A DNA stretch of 64,000 nucleotides, from NCBI GenBank assembly GCA_951406725.2, contig OX597820.1, positions 124,062,001 through 124,126,000 on the forward strand. Reading direction: 5' to 3'. This DNA comes from Octopus vulgaris. Its lineage: Eukaryota. Below are positions 56,190 to 64,000 of this stretch, one piece after another (positions within the stretch are counted from its first letter, which is position 1; every line of letters begins with the position of its first letter). The position numbers were made by a program, and so were the translations under genes. The notes under the pieces are model-generated. The model was given only the letters and a program-made list of their open reading frames with translations. It was not told the DNA's origin and searched no databases.

Positions 56190-56308
56190 ATTTACCATAA
56201 CATAATAATACGTTTATCGTAACTTTTAATTTTCTTGATAATAAATGAGTATTCTATGAATTTTTTTAATTACTGTAAATCGACTTTGTACTACCATGTG
56301 TATGTATA

Positions 56309-57178
<870 letters not shown>

Positions 57179-57249
57179 TATATGTATATATATATATATA
57201 TGGATATATAATATATATATGTATGTATGTATATATGTATATATACATA

Positions 57250-57420
57250 TGTATGTTTGTGTCTTTGTTGATTTGTTCACGTTCCAGTAACATAGCAGTT
57301 CGGCAAAACAACCCGATAGAGTAAGTACCAAGATTACAAAAAATATGCCCATGAGTAGATTTCTTCAACTAAAATGTGGTGCTCCAGTATGCCCTCAGCG
57401 AAAATATCTGAGAAAAGTAA
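57250..57420 (+). mobile_element. 3' part of SINE, family A
   Basis: gcagttcggcaaaa...gatagagtaagtacc...ggtgctccagtatgcc. Confidence 0.65.
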
Positions 57421-57448
57421 ATGAATAAAAAACATAAGTATATATATA

Positions 57449-57702
57449 TAACCTGCCCCACGTGCAAGGAGAATTACGTAGGTGAAACTGGTAATTCTTT
57501 GTGCCAGCGAGCCAGGATCCACCGACAACATATTCGGCAGGAAGAACTGCGCAAAATACCACTAAGCACACACCTAGCTACATGTGGAGAAGGAAAATTT
57601 AAGATTTTTCCCTTCTACAAGTGTCCGAAGAACGACACCTCCTTCAGGAGGAATATGGAAAAACATTTCATAGCTAAGTTCTCCCCCAAATCAAATGGCT
57701 GA
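57449..57702 (+). pseudogene. Penelope-like element GIY-YIG endonuclease, 5'-truncated at a (TA)n tract
   Basis: ITCPTCKENYVGETGNSLCQRARIHRQHI...STHL...RRNMEKHFIAKFSPKSN*: CxxC, YVG, catalytic R, E and terminal N; open to the stop. Confidence 0.88.
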
Positions 57703-58117
57703 AACTTTACTCAACATACATTGAAGGACAAATTTTTCAATTTACAATATAATATAGTAGAACATTTAATATATGTGTATATATATATATATATATATAG
57801 ACCAACGGAACTAACACTTCTTCACTCTCAGATATAAACGCGCACACACACACACACACACGCGCGCGCACACACATATACACACACACACACATACACA
57901 TACACACATTTTTTCTCTGTCTCACTTCCTCCTCACCCACTACTACAAAACTATAAAATGTTCAAACTTCCCACAACTGATTTGATTTGGAAAGCCCACT
58001 AGAATGGGAGCAGGCGCTAATCCGAAAGCCGAATGATATGATATGATATATATGTAAAAAATGTAATATATAAATAAATATCTACAAATATGAACCATCT
58101 GATCTGATTACCTCAAT

Positions 58118-58167
<50 letters not shown>

Positions 58168-58185
58168 TGTGTGTGTATATATATG

Positions 58186-58665
58186 TTACCTGTTATATAC
58201 GCTATATTGTTTTTGTAATTTACTTGATCTTTACTTGCCAACTGTCATTCTAATTTTAACCTTCCTATGATATGCAATTTTCAAGATGGTGTAATTTGAT
58301 TGTTCATTTTGATTCGATAGAAGGGGGGTTTTTCTCTAATATTTCATGTGTAAGCATGTATATATATATATATATAGTGACATTGAAGGACGCATCTTTC
58401 GATTTACGATCTAATATAGTAGAACATTTAGTATATATCTGTATGTGTATATATATATATATATATATCTGTGTATGTATATATATATATATATATTGCC
58501 TGTTATATACATTATATTATTATCTTTATAATTTACTTCCATCTTTACTTTTTAATTGTCACTTTAATTTTAACTTTCCTATGATATACAATTTTCAAGA
58601 TGGTGTAATTTGGTTGTTCATTTTGAACCGATAAAAGATTGTTTTCCAAAATTTTATGTATAAGT
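58186..58665. repeat. Tandem duplication of ~170 bp, ~310-bp period
   Basis: cctgttatatac...ttcctatgatat.caattttcaagatggtgtaatttg.ttgttcattttga occurs twice. Confidence 0.85.
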
Positions 58666-58680
58666 CTGAGTGTGTATATT

Positions 58681-59282
58681 TCTTTAGCTGCTAATTCTAA
58701 TGAGTTCAGTATGTGGCAAAGTAATTTATTTTACTAAGCCCTTATATATAATGTAATATTTTGAATTCGCCTAAAATGGTCCCTTTACATACTGAATACT
58801 TGGTGAAATTGATTAACAATTAATTAATTTTACCCTCAATTGTTGAAATTATAATTCATCTCTCTCTGTTAAATGCTGCGGTTTTCACCGTTAATACATG
58901 GTGTTTGTCAATTTTAACCCACGCTGGTGGAAAGGGGAGAGCAGAAATTCTTCGCTTGCATATTCGAATTTGGTAGCACTTTTAGTTCGAGCAGAAATCT
59001 AGAAGTGATAAGAAGCAGAAAGGGTATGCTCCAAACTTTCAGTGTTCCCAAATCCGATTCAAGGAATTCTGAGCTGACGAAAGAAATGTCGAATTGACTA
59101 ATCTAGAAACGTACGTTCTCAAATAACCTTTGCACTTGATTTTTTAATGTTTTTTCCCCCATACCTTTGTGAGTTGGTTTAGGCAAACACTATCTGAGAG
59201 AGATCTTCTTTAAGTATTAGAAATAGCTGAAGAAATGTCTTTAGCTGCTATTTCTAATGAGTTCAGTATGTGGCAAAGTAAT
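58681..59282 (+). mobile_element. Diverged copy of the ~560-bp hammerhead unit with 45-bp terminal redundancy
   Basis: Colinear with 46603-47161 after permutation; 58681-58725 is repeated at 59238-59282 (period 557). Confidence 0.88.
59068..59123 (+). ncRNA. Type I hammerhead ribozyme-like motif
   Basis: tctgag-CTGACGA-aaga aat gtc gaatt gac taa tcta-GAAA-cgtacg-TT-ctcaaa. Confidence 0.6.
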
Positions 59283-60186
59283 GTATGCATGTATGTACGT
59301 ATGTATGCATTTATTTGTAAATGCAGTTATTAACGTACACAGAAGTTTAGCACGTGCGCTCTCATAGTCATACACGCCTGGATGTCATCCTTTTATTAAA
59401 CGACTGATACCTTAGTGTTATATAAATGTTCTATTGCAGTTTCTATTCTATGAAGGCCAGACTGAATATATTATGGAAGACTCAATATATTAAGGCAAGA
59501 ATGAATATGTGATAGAAACATAACTGTATTAATAATGAGCAACGAGGTGGAGATACCGATAGTCTCCTGAGATAGTCTAAAGTGGGAAGGTGCTCGCCCT
59601 CTGTAGGCGTTTGAATAAGTTGTTTTAAGCAAATTTGATAGAACTGTTCAATTTATTGTAGCGTTTTGACGTATGTTAATATTTGTTGGATGAAAATAAG
59701 AGAAGCCGGAAACGTTAGGGTTAGAGAGAAGGATATACATTCAAAGAAAGACAGAGAGTGAGAGAGAGATTAGGGGAGAGAGAGTGAATGGAAGAGTGAT
59801 AAATTGGAAGAGTGATAAATTGGAAGAGTGTGTGAGGGACTGAGTGAGAGGGGAAAGTTATATGAATAGTAAATTCAAAGCTTTATAGCTGGCCGAATTT
59901 GGTCGCCTTTGTGCAAGCGTGAAAATGAAATGTCCAACAGAGTGTTTGGTTTAAATTATTATAGTATGTGAATTCGTATTCTTTTTTAACTAACGCGTCG
60001 TGCTGTCTCAATGATCTATTAGAATAAATGGTTTGTGGCACTTCTTCCGGCTTTCTAGTCAGTGTTCTAATCACGCTGAGGTCAGCTTTTCTTTACATCT
60101 CACGAGTGGACGATGAAATAAAGTACAGGCCAAATACTGCGGTTGAGGAAAACGATTAAAACTTCGCTAGAAAATTTTTGGTCTGA

Positions 60187-60458
60187 TGTTTGGTAGACGG
60201 AAACTGTAACAGCCCGTTGTATATATGTATGTATATGTATGTGTGTGTATATGTTTGTGTGTCTGTGTTTGTCCCCCCCAACATAGCTTGAGAACCGATG
60301 CTGGTGTGTTTACGTCCCTGTAACTTAGCGGTTCGGCAAAGCAGACCGATAGAATAAGTACTAGGTTTACAAAGAATTAGTCCTGGGGTCGATTTCCTCG
60401 ACTAAAGGCGGTGCTCCAGCATAGCCACAGTCTATGACTGAAACAAGTAAAAGAGTAT
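60187..60458 (+). mobile_element. 5'-truncated SINE, family A
   Basis: Colinear with 54513-54770. Confidence 0.88.
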
Positions 60459-60649
60459 ACAAAAGATCAAAGAAAATTGTTATTATTATTCTACAATCTC
60501 TATGTTTAAGACTGCCACAGCAAGTAAAATAAATAAAATTGGTGATTATATTTCTCATAAGTAGAAAAAATGCTTACAATAATTACAACAACAATTATTA
60601 AGAATGTATCAAATGATATCAATAATGTAATTAATGTTATAATGTGATA

Positions 60650-61390
60650 TGGCGACTGAAGAATCGTTAGTACGCTGTGAAAAACGCTTAGCAGCATTTC
60701 GTCCGTCTTTACAATCTGAGTTAGAATTCCGTCAAGGTCAACGTTGCCTTTCCTACTTTCGAGGTCGTTCAAATAGGTACCAGTTGAGGGCTTGGGTCGA
60801 CTTGTCTCTCTCCCAAAGTTACTGTCCTTATGTCAAAACTTGAAAGCAATATTATAAAGTAATATCAATATTACATTAGTATACCAGCAAAATGCTTAAC
60901 ATTTTGTCCGTGATCGATTTGACTTTCATAGTTTCGAGAGAGATGAAATAAGTACATGTTGAGCATTGGTGTCGATGCAATCGATTTGCTCCTCCTCGAA
61001 ATTGCTGTCATTGTGCCAATATTTGAAACCAATATTATTACCTAACACCTGATAGCATTCTCAGCAGGCCGAGCAAAATGCTTAGCATCCTTTCGTCGGT
61101 CGGTACGTTCTGAGTTCAAATTCCGCTAAGGTCGACTTTGCTTTTTATCCTTTCGAGATCGATAAAATAAGTATCTGTCAAGCACTGAAGTCGATGTAAT
61201 CGACCGACTCTCTCTCCCGTAATTTCTGATCTTGAGCTAAAAGTTGTAACCAATATGTATCTTCAGAATGCGGAGATTCGACGTGTTGAATAAGATGGTT
61301 TGTAAATTTAGTTTCGACTCTCGACATTCGGACCTCAAATCAAAGCTATGTGACTCCTCAGGATCGATTAAAATTGCCCCAACTTAGAAC
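60650..61390 (+). mobile_element. Head-to-tail cluster of 3-4 degenerate family B SINEs
   Basis: Repeated aaatgcttagc...gtcgactttgc...tttcgag.tcgataaaataagta...gtcgatg...gaaaccaat, starting near 60650, 60886, 61062 and 61265. Confidence 0.7.
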
Positions 61391-62258
61391 AGTTGTTCTT
61401 GTTCCATTTTGTTTTGTTTTCTTTTATATATATGCATATGACGACGTACGTACAGTTTTGGTCTCCTGTATGTAACTACATATATATATATAAATATATA
61501 TATATAAATTATGTACGAGTATTTTACCCTTTCTTTTATACCGCCTCACACTTTCTTCGTTCTTTCCAATTTTCTTTTTCTCGCTCGCGTTAATTCACAT
61601 TTCTTAGCCTTTCCTTCATTATCCTCACTTTTCCTCCTCTTTTACCTCAATCTGTTGCTTTCCTTTCTTTTTCTCTTTCTCGTTTCTCCAAAATTCTTCA
61701 ATCCCTCTGCCCCTTACCTCTCTCCTCTCCTTCCACGTAACCAGTGTTCCGCCAAGCTTGACCTTTTTTCTTAGTTCGACTACCATCCGTGTAGCACTTT
61801 TTATAGTCATTCCCATGACTCTCATCTCTCATGTTCCTGCCGTAAGTCTTCGGTTCCAAACACGACGTCTTAATTCAATTTGTTCTTAGTCGAAAGAGAA
61901 CTGTCGTTAATGTCCTGTTGTCTGTATTTGTAATAGTGTACCATTTCTCCGTATTTTTTCGTCCTTGTTTTCGCATACATTCGCTTGCTTTCTTCCAAAG
62001 AATCTAGTGCTCTTAGCTTAGATTTTCTTGGGTCAGGCCAGATTGGAGCAGCCTCGAGTTTAATCAGCCGAAACTCTAACGACGTTCTGAAGCTCGACTG
62101 ACGTAAAAAAAGCTCCGAATGACCCGTCCTTGCTTTTTCCTGTCCTTTTTTGTATCGTCTAACTGTCTGGATGTTTTGTTGTCGATGTTACGTTCTTATT
62201 CCATTCCTTGTTTTTTTTTCTATATATACATATAGCGGCTTACGTACACTTTTGGTCT

Positions 62259-62315
<57 letters not shown>

Positions 62316-62334
62316 AGATGTATATATATATATG

Positions 62335-62735
<401 letters not shown>

Positions 62736-62984
62736 TGATAGATATATAGATAATACCAATGTTTTCTTCGAAAAATGTCGGAAGTAAAAAGGTTTGAAAA
62801 CACCTGCATTTAACTCCATTTATTTATTTATCTATATTAATCTAAAACATTTCACCTAAACATGGAGTTTCTATCTTTATAAGTAGGCTGTCACATCCTT
62901 GGTACTTGTATGTAATTTTTGCTATTCCAGTAACTATTAATTTTTTTTCTGTGTTATTTGAAAACACTGAAAAAACACGCATAC

Positions 62985-63084
<100 letters not shown>

Positions 63085-64000
63085 GTGTCTGTGTGTATGT
63101 GCGTGTGTGCGTGTGCATATGTATTGGAGTACATGAATATGTATCTAAACGTGTGTGTTGCCCGCGTTTGTACATGTATATATGAGTGTACCCATGTATG
63201 TGTATGATAAAGTAAAACGCAGTTTAATAAAACCTATTGCGATAAGTAATGAAGTCATTCTAGTAACTAAGTTACATATTGCGTAACAATCAATTATAAC
63301 AAGTTTTACATTGTTATCCTTGAAAATACGTTCGAAATGTATCAGATAAGATATCGGTTGTTATAATGGCACGTATGCAATGAAATAATACTTAACAAAT
63401 CATTTATTGAATATTTAGTATTATATAAGATATGAAATTATAATGATATGCAGACGCACACATAACTATGGTAGAATGTAAATTCTGATTTAAAATCATG
63501 CAAAGTATGTCTTATGTAGATGAAGATATCATTAAATATCCAAGAAATTCCTGAACATCAGGAGACAAAACAGTCGCGAATCACAAACTGTTAACATGAA
63601 CACATATATGATCACAGTGACATACATAAGCACACATATATATGTGTGAATGTTTTGAACACGGCGTGTTCCATTTTAACGGACGTCATAGATGACACCG
63701 ATATATTCCACGCTACACTCGCACACACGCAAGCACACGCACATTCCTATGCCCTTATGCAAACATGCTTATTTGTATATAAACATTTGTGTGAAGAAAT
63801 GTTCCTACAATGTATAGATATAGATGTATGTCTTGAAGAGTAGAATTTGTACTAATCTTAATACTACTCATAACACCAGCTATAATAACAAACCGAACCC
63901 TTCGTTATTTCATCCTGAAGACCTCTGCAAACCTATGCAGCTTCAGACGACCACCTTCCTGTCCTTTTGATAACCGCTGTCTCACAAAGGGCATTATCCA

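Noticed and set aside
59788-59830. Short tandem (tggaagagtgataaat) x~2.6 as a CRISPR-like or functional array
   Set aside because: No spacers; simple slippage repeat in a purine-rich tract
61700-62220. Probable repeat-family sequence, possibly a decayed PLE terminal region
   Set aside because: Could not identify motifs or a second copy in the window well enough to call

Overview
AT-rich, microsatellite-saturated metazoan DNA with no recognisable host gene exon, rRNA, true tRNA or CRISPR. The SINE families and repeat landscape resemble an octopus (coleoid cephalopod) genome; this is inferred from memory, not from a search. Almost all ORF-track entries are translations of (TA)n, (CA)n, (TATC)n or (AAT)n tracts. 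The real content is transposable-element debris: tRNA-derived SINEs of about three families, RTE, CR1-like and R4/Dong LINE remnants, Tc1/mariner remnants, a non-autonomous Helitron, MITEs, and two Penelope-like (PLE) GIY-YIG endonuclease remnants. The most interesting signal is a non-coding ~560-bp unit carrying a type I hammerhead-ribozyme (HHR) fold. It occurs three times (45988-46606, 46603-47161, 58681-59282), each copy with a different circular permutation, two with terminal redundancy, and two of them form a ~1.08-kb near-perfect palindrome. This fits a retrozyme or PLE pseudo-LTR copied from a circular or multimeric RNA. At least three other short families carry variant minimal hammerheads, and several fold-back palindromes sit in (TA)n tracts. 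Boundaries of degenerate elements are approximate; all alignments and folds were done by eye.
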